From Mobula hypostoma (lineage: Eukaryota), in NCBI RefSeq assembly GCF_963921235.1, contig NC_086100.1:172546001-172610000 (forward strand): a stretch of 64,000 bases of DNA, given 5' to 3'. Below the pieces are notes generated by a model, which was given only the letters and a program-made list of their open reading frames with translations, had not been told where the DNA came from and did no database searches. Each line of letters starts with the position of its first letter. Position 1 is the first letter of the stretch. Positions 26,111-38,035 of the stretch are shown one piece after another. A program made the position numbers and the translations under genes.

Positions 26111-26306
26111 GCAACACACATCAAAGTTGCTGGTGAACGCAGCAGGCCAAGCAGCATCTATAGGAAGAGGCGCAGTCGACGTTTCAGGCCGAGACCCTTC
26201 GTCAGGACTTAATGATAAAAATAGATGCTGCTTGGCCTGCTGCGTTCACCAGCAACTTTGATGTGTGTTGCTTGAATTTCCAGCATCTGCAGAATTCCTG
26301 TTGTTT
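26111..26306. mobile_element. Inverted Penelope pLTR pair (196 bp) with 14-bp TSD
   Basis: TSD atgttcattattaa at 26097-26110 and 26307-26320; perfect 53-bp inverted repeat 26109-26161 / 26221-26273. Confidence 0.9.
26174..26209 (-). ncRNA. Minimal type I hammerhead ribozyme (intact core)
   Basis: Minus strand AGUC-CUGACGA-AGGGUCUCGGCCU-GAAA-C-GUC-GACU: stem I AGUC/GACU, CUGANGA and GAAA core, stem II, GUC cleavage triplet. Stem III is vestigial (palindromic ACGU). Confidence 0.8.
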
Positions 26307-27239
26307 ATGTTCATTATTAATATTACTGCCTCTCCATCTCCCAAACTATAGTTTATAATTTTAATTGACAAATCCCTACATCCTGTTTTTCCCAGTGGTA
26401 TGTCTTCTCCACTCTTCCATCAAAAGCTCAGCCCCTTGCAGATATTCCATTTGTTTTCCTCTTCCTTTGTTTCAGTAATGGTATCTGATCTTTCAGCCAT
26501 GTCCTCCTTGAATATTGTGATTACTTAAACTGTTGCAACCAATCTCTTCAAATAAAATAGCAGTTCTGCTCCCTTCTTCCCAATTCCTCATTTATTTTAT
26601 TATGCTCATTGGTTATGCTGCAGGATAACATTTTTTTTTAAATGCAGAAATAAAGCATGAAATGTCACGTCAGTTCAAGGTACGTTTAATGTCACAAAAA
26701 GCTGAATCTGAAATGTTGTCTCCCTGCCCCTCTGTGGAGTTTATTATTGCAGATGTGCAGAATTTTACAATGGAAATTTACTCTTCAAAAAATATTAAAG
26801 CTAAGTCTGATAGACGTAGCATTCATAAATGTTGCTACTAAAATAGGGAAGCTAACCACTACAAAAGGATAGGCACATGGATGGGTTCAGGTGCAGGCTG
26901 ATGGCACTGGGTAGCATGATAGTTGGGCACGGACTAGATAGTCCAAAGGGCCTGTTCCTGTGCTGTAGTGCTCTATGACTGAAAGATTATTGCCATTTAC
27001 TGATACAAGTTGGCCTGGGCTCTCACCGTGTTAAAGGCACGATGTAAATGTCGGGGGTGGGGGGGTGGGAAGAATGTTATTTCTTCTTATCCCATGAGTT
27101 TTAGTGAAAACTATCCCTCGTTTTTAATTCAGACGAACATACCTTGGTCTTTTGCGCGATAAAACCACGAAATTAATTTGCATTTTTTGCATAACGGACA
27201 TAAACAGAAAATGAAATCAACCCCTGCAAGTTGCTTTCC

Positions 27240-27620
27240 CTGGGAATAGACACAACTCGGGATCGCCCGGAGCCGCGCTATTTGCGCATGCGTGCATGGG
27301 CGGGCCCGGGACCTGATTTTCCTGTTTCCACGGAGACCACAACTGGGGCTTTTGACAATGAACAACCCCGAGGTGGTGTTTACGTTGTTTTACGTCGTTT
27401 TGTGCTTCTGCTTCGTCTTAACCCCGACTGAGTTCCGTTCGGCGGGGTTGACGGTGCAGGACCTGCTGTCCGATCAGCTGGGCAGCGAGCAGCTTGCCTT
27501 CGTCCACTACCACATCCGCCGGACGGCCGCCACTCTCGCCGTGCACTCACTGCTGCCGCTAGGTAAGCGCCACTGCTCCGGTGGCAGGGGAGGACGGCCC
27601 GAGCGGTCTGCTGGCACTGT
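27240..27620 (+). promoter_or_regulatory. TMEM129 CpG-island promoter with NRF1-like site and GC box
   Basis: CpG-rich patch in an AT-rich background; TGCGCATGCG at 27283-27292 (NRF1-like) and GGGCGGG at 27298-27304, just upstream of the ATG. Confidence 0.75.
27358..27562 (+). CDS. TMEM129: TMEM129 coding exon 1 (ERAD E3 ubiquitin ligase)
   Basis: ATG at 27358 gives MNNPEVVFTLFYVVLCFCFVLTPTEFRSAGLTVQDLLSDQLGSEQLAFVHYHIRRTAATLAVHSLLPL, matching the human TMEM129 N-terminus as I recall it (MDSPEVTFTL...HLRRTAATLLCHSLLPLG). Donor G|GTAAGC at 27563; 205 nt, phase 1. Confidence 0.96.
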
Positions 27621-28021
27621 GGGACTGGCCCAGACTGTCTGCTGGGACCTAGTCAAGGAGTTGTCAATTGCTTGTATTAAAAGTTTTGAACTCTCTAATA
27701 TCAGTTCCAGTGATCACTGTAGTTACTGAAACTCTTGAAGCAGGTGTGTATTGAGTCCGTGTCATCTGTACTTGCTGACGCATGTAGGAAAAGAAAATTA
27801 CATTCTACTTCCTCACTTGGGTTTCTGCAGAAAGAAACTGAGTATTGAATGAATTCCTGATATTAAATCAGAATTGCAACCTTGTTCTGACATAAAGTCT
27901 TTATCCTGGCCTATTAAATCTATTTCTCTTTTTCACAGGTACTGCTTTTTCCAATTTTGTTCTTGTTTCTATAGTACAAACGTAGTTTAACTTTAGCCAG
28001 TGTACCAGATTAACTTTCTTT

Positions 28022-28399
28022 AGCCTCCAACCTGATGGCATGAACATTGACTTCTCTAACTTCCGCTAATGCCCCACCTCCCCCTCGTACCCCATCCATT
28101 ATTTATTTTTATACACACATTCTTTCTCTCACTCTCCTTTTTCTCCCTCTGACTATGCCCCTTGCCCATCCTCTGGGTCCCCCCCTCCCCATTTTTCTCC
28201 CTGGGCCTCCTGTCTCATGACCCTCTCATATCCCCTTTGCCAATCACCTGTCCAGCTCTTAGCTCCATCCCTCCCCCTCCTGTCTTCTCCTATCATTTTG
28301 GATCTCCCCCTCCCACTTTACCTCTTCCTAGAGATGCTGCCTGACCAGCAACTTTGATGTGTGTTGCTTGAATTTCCAGCATCTGCAGAATTCCTGTTG
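28022..28399 (+). mobile_element. Penelope 3' end/pLTR with the hammerhead segment deleted
   Basis: TSD ttaactttcttt at 28010-28021 and 28400-28411; ORF end agcctccaacctgatggcatgaac as at 51408; pyrimidine tract; tail identical to 26250-26303. Confidence 0.8.
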
Positions 28400-28469
28400 T
28401 TAACTTTCTTTCCAACTAATTGCATGCCAGTTCTAAATTTTTTCCTTGTAGCTCCCTTGCAAGAAGGCC

Positions 28470-29680
28470 CTGGTGAGGCAGTGGATGTCATTTACTTGGA
28501 TTTTCAGAAGGCATTTGATAAGGTGCCACACATGAGGCTTCTTAACAAGATAAAACCCTATGGTTTTACAGGAAAGATACTGGCATGGATGCAGAATGGC
28601 CAACAGGCCACAGCCAGCGAGTGGGAATAAAAGGGGCCTTTTCTGGTTGGCTGCTAGTGACTAGTGGTGTTCCTCAGAGGTCAGTATCGGGACTGCTACT
28701 TTTCACATTGTTTGTCAGTGATTTAAATAATAGAATTGATGGCTTTGTAGCAAAGTTTGCGCATGATACGAAGATGGGTGGAGCGGTAAGTAACGCTGAG
28801 GAAGCAATGTGATTTCAGCAGGACTTAGACAAGTTAAAAGAATGGGCAAATATGGCAGATGGAATACAGTGTTGGGAAATGTATGATAATGCATTTTGAT
28901 AAAAGTAACAATAATGTGGATTATTATCTAAATGGGGAGAAAGTTCAAACATCAGAGGTGTAGAGGGACTTTGGAATCATGCAAGACTCCCAGAAGGTTA
29001 ATTTACAGTTGAGTCTGTGATAAAGAAGGCAAATGCAGGGTTGGCAGTTATTTCAAGGGGAATAGAATATAAAAGCAAGGAGATAATGCCGAGTATTTAT
29101 AAGACTCTAGAGTCTTAGAGCCACACTTAGAGTATTGTCAACAAGTTTGGGGTCCATATCTCAGAAAGGATGTGTTGTCATTGGAGAGAGTCCAGAGGAG
29201 GCTCATGAAGATGATTCCAGGAATGATGGGGTTAACATATGAGAAGCATTTGGCAGCTTTGGGCCTGTACTCACTGGAATTTAGAAGAATGCGAGGGGAT
29301 CTCACTGAAACCTACTGAATGTTGAAAGGACTAGATAAGGTGGATGTGGAGAGGATGTTTACTATGGTGGGGTATCCAGAACTAGAGGGCACAGCCTCAA
29401 AATTGACTGGCAATCCTTTGGAACAGAGGTAAGGAGGATTTTTTTTTGGCTGGAGTAGTAAATCTGTGGAATGCTTTGCCGCAGACTGTGGTGGAAGCCA
29501 AGCCCGTGTGTATATTTAAGGCGGAAGTTAATCGTTTCCTGATCAGTCAGGGCATTGAAAGATACGGTGAGAAGGCAGGTGTATGGGGTTGAGTGATATC
29601 CGGGATCAGCCATGATGGAATGGCGGAGCAGACTCGATGGGCTGAATGGCCTAATTCTGCTCCTGAGTCTTATGGACATA
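28470..29680 (+). mobile_element. CR1 LINE 3' fragment
   Basis: VDVIYLDFQKAFDKVPH, VTSGVPQ and KFAHDTK motifs, followed by a 3' UTR. Confidence 0.88.
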
Positions 29681-30329
29681 CAGCGACATTTTGCCAGCAA
29701 CTCTCAAAACTGCTAGATACTCTACTAGATATATTTCGTCTGAACTATGATCACTGCAATCTGCAGCCTGTAATCTTCTTTTAAGAAATGTACTTTTAAA
29801 CCATCTAAACGAACTAGCAATTTTGCAGTCTCCTGAAGGAGGAACTGTTTGTGCTTGACCCGCTTCCCTCTCATCTTACCATTACCATCGGGTGGGGGGT
29901 GGGGGAAGGTGCAGGAGACTTGGATCCCACGCTACCAGGTTTTGAAACAGTTCTTGCCCTGCAGCCACTGGGCTCCTGGACTGGCTTCACTCACCTCAGC
30001 GCTGAACTCACTCAGTAGCTGTGGACTCACTTTTAGGGACCCTCTTGTTTCTTTGTTTTGTGGGCGCCAGCAAGAAGATAAATCTCAAGGTTGCATACTG
30101 TATACATACTTGGATAATAAATTTGAACTTTGAACTTCTTTAATTTAGTCCTCTAGTGTATCTATAACTTTTACGTTGCATTGAAACCCATCAAACACAG
30201 GACCAAGATGAAATCTAATTAAAACAAAGTTTACATGCAATACAAAATAGTCCTTGCACTTCAAAAGGGTGTAAGTTAACACTTGAATGCAAGGGTTATT
30301 TCGGAGAGAAAGCAAGGTTGGAGGTGAAC

Positions 30330-31175
30330 CAATTGGCATATAGAAGTGAGAATGGAAATCTGGTTGAATGGTGCCACAACAATAAACTCTTACTCAATGT
30401 GAGCAAAACCAAAGAGCTAATTATGGACAGGAGGAAGATGCTGGAATTTTATGAGCTAGTCCTCATTGGGAAATCGGAGATGTAAAGAGTCAGTAACTAT
30501 AAGTTCCTTGGCATTATCATGTCAGAGGATCTGTCCTGGGAGCAGCATGCAAGTGCCACAGTGCCTCTACATTCTAAGACGTTTGTGTAGATTCAGTGTT
30601 TCACCGTAAACTTTAACAAACTTCTATAGATGCACAGTGGAGAGCATCCTAACTGGTTGCATAATGGCTTGGTATGGAAACACAAATATCTAGAAACAGA
30701 AAAGTGTACAAAAAGTGGTGGACAGAGCTCAGTCCATCACAGTCCTTCCCTACCATTGAGCGCTGCCACTAGAAAGCAGCATCCATCCTCAAGGACCCCT
30801 ACCATCCAGGACATGTGACTACCATCGGGTAGGAGGTACTGGAGCCTTGGGTCCTACACCACCAGGTCAGGAATGGTTATTACCCTACAACCATCAGGCT
30901 CCTGAACCAGAGTGGATAACTTCACTTACCTCAACATTGAATTGATTCTACAACCTACAGACTCACTTTCAAGGGCTCTACAGCTCATGTTCTCATTTTT
31001 TTTATTATTTGCACAGTTTTTTTTTGGCACATTGGTTATTTGTTAGTCTTTGTTTATGTACAGTTTTTCATAAATATTGTTTTCCTGTAAATCCCTGCAA
31101 GAAAATAAATCTCCAGGTAGTATGTGGAGATATAATATATATGTACTTTTATAGTAAATTCATTTTTGACTTTGA
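30330..31175 (+). mobile_element. Rex/Babar LINE 3' fragment
   Basis: Similar to 2930-3890. Confidence 0.7.
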
Positions 31176-31298
31176 ACTACGGAGGATTTTTTTTGCAATT
31201 AAGTTTTGACATAAACTTTGCAAGTAGGTACATAATGTTCCTTTACTAATATGCATGTTCCTATTGTCAATCTTCCTTTACTATTTTTTGTCTTGCAG

Positions 31299-31770
31299 GT
31301 TATTTTGCAGGAATGTGTTTTGCAACTTCTGATGAAAAGTACTACTATGTTCTTGTGAGCAAGGGATGGATTATTTACTTGGCGATAGCTGTGCTAATTC
31401 CTGTCATTGTTAGTCTCATCGTTTGGTATTGGTCCTTAAATAATTGGGGCAACCATCCGATAGCCCGAAGCCTTGCACACTATGCCCTTCCTCAGTCCAG
31501 TTGGAGAGCTGTGGCATCTTCTGTGAATACAGAGTTCCGACGGATTGATAAATTTGCCTCCGGTGCACCAGGAGCCCGAGTTGTTGTCACTGATACCTGG
31601 GTGATAAAGGTGACTACGTATCGTGTTTATATAGCACAGCAACAGGACATTCACCTCACCCTGACTGAATCAAGGCAGCATGAACTGTGTCCTGACTTAA
31701 ATACACCTGTGCAATTCCTCACAATCCGAGTGGGCATCATCAATCCACACATCACACCATTTGACATTAG
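31299..31770 (+). CDS. TMEM129: TMEM129 coding exon 2
   Basis: Acceptor ttttttgtcttgcag; encodes GYFAGMC...SVNTEFRRIDKFASGAPGARVVVTDTWVIKVTTYRV...PFDIR; donor AG|GTAGGT at 31771; 472 nt, phases consistent. Confidence 0.96.
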
Positions 31771-32008
31771 GTAGGTGATGTAACCCAGTGTAGAGTCAGA
31801 CTTAATTTTCCATTGCTGCTTAAAAGTTGAGACTAATTGTCAGATCATTTTTGAGCTGATTTCCTAATATTCTTTCCTTAACACTTTTAAAGTCTTCTAA
31901 CCTCTTTCCCTTAATACAACAAAACCATAGCAAGTGGGGTGCAAATAAAAGAAAATGATTAGCATTAGCTCTTGTCACAGATTGAAATTTCTTTTTTTTT
32001 GTTTGCAG

Positions 32009-32168
32009 GTTAAATTCAACAGAATATGGTGAACTTCGTGAGAAGCTCCATACTACAATCCGGAATGCCCATAATGTGGTCATCCATCAGTCTCTGAGTG
32101 ACATGTTTTTGGACACATTCAAGATTCAAGTAGAATTAAATCAACCTTATCATCTTTCTGGGAATCAG
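32009..32168 (+). CDS. TMEM129: TMEM129 coding exon 3
   Basis: Acceptor tttttttgtttgcag; encodes LNSTEYGELREKLHTTIRNAHNVVIHQSLSDMFLDTF...SGNQ; donor CAG|GTATGC; 160 nt. Confidence 0.96.
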
Positions 32169-32940
32169 GTATGCATTGTCACAATTAATAATATCATAGT
32201 GAATCTGTGGCAACACAATCACAGAGAAATAATAAAAAGCATAAATGTTGTATGCTTTATTCTGGGCTATATTTCAGGTTAATGGTCTTCATCATGAAAC
32301 GTAACAAGGTTTAACCATGCACAGAAGTTTTAAAGTTGGGGAATAGGTCTGATTATGGAAAGCGTCTGATGCTAAATGAAAAACAATAGCAGTGCAAAGC
32401 AAAGGTGGGTGCAAATTGGGAAAGTAAACAAAGCTTCTCCAATTGAACTGGAAATAGAATCATTACTATGCAAAGTATGTTGGGCTTAATTGTTTAAAAG
32501 TAAAATAAAGCTACTCCACAAACTCTGTATCAGTCCCTGTTCATTACCTTACTTAACAATTGATTGGAAGCCTCCCATCTTGTGATTTGAACTGGCCTTA
32601 AAATTTTTAGCACTTTCCCTACGTTGCATCAGATTCCATCACCTTTGTGCTTGCTGATGTATATTCACTTCAGATTACTTTCATTCTTACTTCTACATCC
32701 CTCTTCACCTCTATCTCTGTAACCGTCTTACACCATGCAACCCTCCAAAATCTCTCTGCTTCAAAAGCTCTGACCATGAATTTCCTTGTTCCACTGTTTA
32801 CGGCTTTCCCTTCAGCTGTGTAGCCTATAAGATTTAGAATTTCCTCAACATATCTGTTGCTACCTCTCCTGCTTTCTCTCTAATCTTTATCACACTGCTT
32901 CCTCCTCACCTCCTTGGTTAAATTTCAAATCACCTGTCCT

Positions 32941-33180
32941 AAACACAAGAAAGTCTTCAGAAGCTGAAAATCCAAAGCAACACATACACAAAATGCTGGA
33001 GGAACTCAGCAGGTCAGGCCACATCTATGGAAATAAACATTTCGGGCAAAACCCTTCTTCAGGACTGGGGAAAAAACGGGGTAGGCACTGAATAAAAAGG
33101 TGGCGGGGGGGGGGAAGGAAGATAACTAGAAGGTGATAGGTGAAGCCAGGTGGGTAGGAGAGCTAGAGAGGAATTGGCTG
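32941..33180 (-). mobile_element. Penelope pLTR fragment with degenerate hammerhead
   Basis: Minus strand CAGUC-CUGAAGA-AGGGUUUUGCCC-GAAAUGUU (33036-33067); 3' strand of stem I lost. Confidence 0.7.
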
Positions 33181-35739
33181 TCCTAACATCTACTCAAGAT
33201 GTTTTAAAACACCTTAGGAATATATTATGGGTTGAAATTTGGTATTGTTTTATTATTGTTACAAATATCAAGATACAGTGAAAACCATCAATTTTTCTCT
33301 GTTTCTTACATTTCTGATGGTTTCTTGCAACTTGCTCTCTTGATCTGTATGTATACTGTTCATACAGATCAAATTGAGATAAAATAAGGTAAAACAATAA
33401 TAATATAGAATAAAGTGGAAAAACTACCAAAAAGTGCATAAAAAGGTGATAAACACAGTAGAAGCATAGGAAGCTGGATGGGTTTCAACTTATTGCAACT
33501 TTGACCAGACTGATTTAAATGATTTAAACCTGCATACTTGTTCAAAAAATGTATTGCTTTTTATCCAGCTTTGCAACCAGTAGAGTTTTGTTTAATGGTT
33601 TCTGAAACAGTAACAGATTAGAGGATGGTTTTCTCAAAGGAGGCCATATCTGTCTTAGAAAGTGTTGAGGCACTGCTACCATAGCTGAAAAGGGAAATTT
33701 AAAGTGGATTGTGCTTTTATATGAAAGCTTGAGTATGTCACATTAAGACTATCTAAATTATTGTTTAAAAATTGCTTCACACCCCTTATCCCACTTTTTT
33801 TCCATAAATTTATAATCCCTTGGAAATCTGTAATCCTTGTCATTGATTATAAGAGTTGGAATTAGGTCAACAAAAGAAATAAAAACCGAAGTAGTCCACA
33901 TAGTCATACAATTTATTAAGGTCATCCATTTTCCAGTTTGATCTGTCATATCCCTAGATACTCTTTTTGTCAAAAATCTATTAATTGTAGCCTTGAATGT
34001 GATAAATCCTGTCAGAACCTTTTGTCTACTTTATGAAAAGCTGTTTGGAAAATACAGATTTACTACATCTATTAGTTTTCTATCATAAACCTTGCTGCTT
34101 GTATCCTTGAAACTCCATCAGATGCCTCATGCCCAATCACATTATGTTCTGTATTGAACAGCTTCTTATCAATAGTAGATCGCAGCATTTTCCTGACAAT
34201 GTGTCTCAAGCTAACTGGCTGCTAATTCCCTATTTTCTCTTGGCTTTGTTTTCTTATATATCATGACTTTTTTCATAAAGAGTGGAATTTTGGAAGAGCA
34301 TTCCTAATGTATTCATCATCTCTGAGGGGATCGCTTTTACAATCCCAAAGTGCTCAGATTGGAGTTGTATAGTCCAGTTCTATTCTGCACAATCATCAGG
34401 AAAAGAATATAATTGATATTATAAGAGAGTAAGTGTGTATTTTGCAGCTTGGCATCGAAGTGAATATTAAAACTATGCTCTCGAGTTTCTAAACCCTTTC
34501 ACTCTGCTTCAGATTTGAGTATAATGAAGATTAAAGACATGTACAGATGAGGGAGGCTATTTATTAAATCTAACATGTTTCCATAGAAATTTGCGGTTCG
34601 TTTCCCATGCCCAAGCATAATCATTGCTCCCATCTGCCATTGATAAGTTGCTGTCTTCACTTTGAAAACTCTTTCAGAAATTAATCTTTCTTGGAAAAGA
34701 ACATCCTGTCATTAATACTGAATTTTCTTTTATTTAGTTTGTGTTTATGTCCTGATATCTAGCAGACACAATTACAAGAAATTAAACTTGTTCCAGGTTA
34801 ACGAGCCAGAATTTCACAGTTAAATAACAGCATTTGAAGTTTATAAACAAAGAAATCACATCACAGTCTTGTGATACAAAAGAGAAACCATATGGGTTGT
34901 AATTGCACAAATCATTTGGCAATTTGTGATAATAAGGCACTATTGTGATTGCTCTTGCAGAAAATTGATTCAGCATTTGCGTTTTATGAAACTTCTTCAT
35001 TTCTATACTAATTGCCAATTAAACTTGATGTAATGTAATGCCTGTTCTTAATGTAAAAACTCTTTCAATGGGGATATTTATTTTTTCGCATTGCCATTCA
35101 ATATTCTGGCCCAGTGGAGTCTCATTTTTGCAGGTAATGAGTTGTTCATGGAAATTTATAACCATTCAAAACAGGAACATTTCCTCTCTTTCCCTCTGTC
35201 CAATCCCTGATTCTTTCTTTATTTCTGTATTCAACTTGGAGCCATAGAAATATTACAATAGGAAGGAATCCAGAAAGAACTAGCCTTCCTAACCCAATCC
35301 TCAAGTACACACTTGACTCTGATTCATTTTCCCACAGTCCATAAAAACTGACATTCACCAAGATCCCAGTAGCATTGTTACTCTCTTTATTGGCTTGTGC
35401 TTCATGGAATTTCTAACATGAAAATTTGTGCTGAAAGAGGAGGTGAATTACTTCCTTTGTCGCAGGAGATGTGGGGGTTGATCACTTTGATTGCTTTAGG
35501 ATTAAAATGACTACTGAATTGTTTTTGATCATGAAGTACAACCATACATTGGCTGTCTGTATTCAGTCATGTGAAATCCAGCACAAATCTGTCAGCTCAG
35601 AATCAGATTTACTATCACTCATATGACATGAAATTTGTTGTTTTGCAGTAGCAGTACAGTGCAGAGACATAAAATTACTCTAAATTGCAAAAGTAATAGT
35701 GCAAAAAAAAGAAATAACAAGGTAGTAAATCATAAGCAC

Positions 35740-35985
35740 AACAAATTCTGCAGCTGCTGGCAATCTTGAGCAATGCACACGAGATGCTTGAGGACATCAG
35801 CAAGTCAGGCAGCATCCATGGAGGGGAATAAAGAGTCAACATTTTCAGCTGAGACACTTCATCAAGACTGGAAAGAAAGGAGGAAGAAGCCAGAATAAGA
35901 AGGTGCTGGGCGGGGGGAGTGGGAAGGAGTATAAGCTGGCAGGTAATGGTGAATCCAGGTGAGGGGGAAGGTTGGTGGGGAGGGC
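35740..35985 (-). mobile_element. Penelope pLTR fragment with degenerate hammerhead
   Basis: Minus strand CAGUC-UUGAUGA-AGUGUCUCAGCU-GAAAAUGUU-GACU (about 35834-35870); the first C of the core is mutated. Confidence 0.65.
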
Positions 35986-36758
35986 AGTATGTCTTTAGAA
36001 GGTTTGGATTTCTTTTGGGGAAATTGGACTAGAAAAATGATAAGTACTTCATCTGAGTAAAAGGAATCAATAAATTGTTGTGCTGTAATGAGCAAACCAT
36101 GTACCAGCCTCAAAAGAAACCAAAATGGATAATATTGGGGAAAATCAAAGAATTGATCATTTGTTTTGTGAATGAGCTGTCAAACCTCTTGAACTGGGCA
36201 TAAAAGAGCCATGGAAGTGTTTGAAAGAGAGGAGGAGTATTTAAAAGAAACACATTAAAAGTGTTGACAGTATTGTAGCCAACACCTTCCAGTATATTTC
36301 AAATTAGTGTCCATGGGAATGTGGTGTGACCAAGTTCTGTGTTGCATTACAGATCATATTCCACTTCAAAATAGGAATCTATTCCTGTTTATCACTTGTG
36401 AAAACTGTTATAACAGAAGCTATGTAAATGGAAAGTTGTTTTATTGCTTAAAAAAAGGATAGGTTTTCAGATTTCGTTAAGAAAAGATAGAATATAAATT
36501 TAAGTCATAGCTTGTGTGACAATAATTCAAATCCACAATGGTGCTGTCACTGTTTCATCAAATCAAAAATAACATTGATCTTGAAGACATAGTTATACTG
36601 GTAAGTAGGGCAGAGTTGGTAATATTGTTTGAAGAATTGTATAATACCAAGAACTTTGTAAGTTAACTGAATCGCAATTGTTCTCCAAGAATCTTTTAGA
36701 GGTGGCTGATAGAGATATTATCTATTTCTTTTAACTGCACACTGTTTCTTTAAAACAG

Positions 36759-37007
36759 GAACTGGAACCATGCATTGGCTGCATGCAGACAGCTGCTAAT
36801 ATCAAACTTGTCAAAGTCTGTATGGACCCAAATGAGGGTGAATGTCAACAGTGCTACTGTCGTCCTATGTGGTGTCTGACCTGCATGGGGAAATGGTTTG
36901 CCAGCCGCCAAGACCAGCAGCATCCAGAAACGTGGCTTTCAAATCGGGTGCCTTGCCCTACTTGTCGATCAAAGTTCTGCATTCTTGATATCTCTGTTGT
37001 TAGCTAA
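36759..37007 (+). CDS. TMEM129: TMEM129 coding exon 4 (Cys-only RING domain, stop codon)
   Basis: Acceptor tttctttaaaacag; encodes ELEPCIGCMQ...CQQCYCRPMWCLTCMGKWFASRQ...CPTCRSKFCILDISVVS*. The spliced CDS (205+472+160+249 nt) gives 361 aa with no frame break. Confidence 0.96.
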   Translation, partial: ELEPCIGCMQTAANIKLVKVCMDPNEGECQQCYCRPMWCLTCMGKWFASRQDQQHPETWLSNRVPCPTCRSKFCILDISVVS

Positions 37008-37257
37008 AAATTACTCGTGAGCCTAGTTGTCTGTTTACACGCAAAATTTCATTTCTGGCCTTGTGCATTCTGGTACTGTAATAACAACCAATTTTCTTGT
37101 TAGATGGTTTGAATGCCTCTGAAACTTTCATTATTCACTTGTTTAAAATTTTGACCCAAGGATTTGTGAGTTGCTGCCTCAAAATCCAACAAACTCTGGA
37201 GGAGTTTCTGTAACAAAATTCCTGAGGTATTAATTCTCTTTTTTACTCCATTACAGA

Positions 37258-38035
37258 GTGGCGCAGTGCTGCAGCAGTTAGTGCTGATGCCTCATTGCCT
37301 TGGAGATGCATGCTCAGATTTGGCTTCGGCTGCCATCTGTATGAACTTTCACATTCTCCCTGTCATTCCATGAAGTTGTTCCAGGTTCACCAGTTTTCTT
37401 ATATATCCCAAAGAAGTGGCTACTGTAAATTGCCATCTTAAAGAATTAAGGGAATAGTTTTTAGATCTGAAAGAGAATCTGTTGCAGGGGTACTGGGAAG
37501 TAAGGTGAGTGGATTGAGGTTGATAGAATCGTTCTGGGTGGTGGTATAGATTTGATGGGCCAAGTGGCTTTCTTCTCTGATGTAATTAGCAGGTTAAATT
37601 TACTACACCTAAACTGAAACCTTGTGTCTGCATCTGGTGGGAAGGTTAAAATCTAATGGCTTTGTCACAGAAGAAGTCAGATCAAGAATTCACTATAATG
37701 GGGGGGGGGGTGGTCACAGCTAGTAGAATTACTGCCCCACAGTGCTGGGTTCAATCCTGGCCCAAGATGCTGTCTGTGTGGAGTTCGCACACTCACCCTG
37801 TGACTACATGAGTTTCCTCCCACGTTCCCAAAGGTCTGTGCAGGTTGGTAAGTTAATTGGCCATTGTAAAATACCTCTTGTGTTCAAGTGAATGAGAAAT
37901 CTGGGAGGAGATGATTAGAAGATGCAGAGAATAAAATTTTAATTAAAGAGGGATTGGCGTAAATGGATGGACAATGGTCACTAAAGTTTGGCTTGTTGGG
38001 CTGAGTGTCTGTTTCTGTGTTGTGTGACTGGATGA
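37258..38035 (+). mobile_element. Two tRNA-derived SINEs downstream of the TMEM129 stop (probable 3' UTR)
   Basis: Two SINE copies (37258-37590 and 37710-38035) in the same orientation. Confidence 0.6.
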
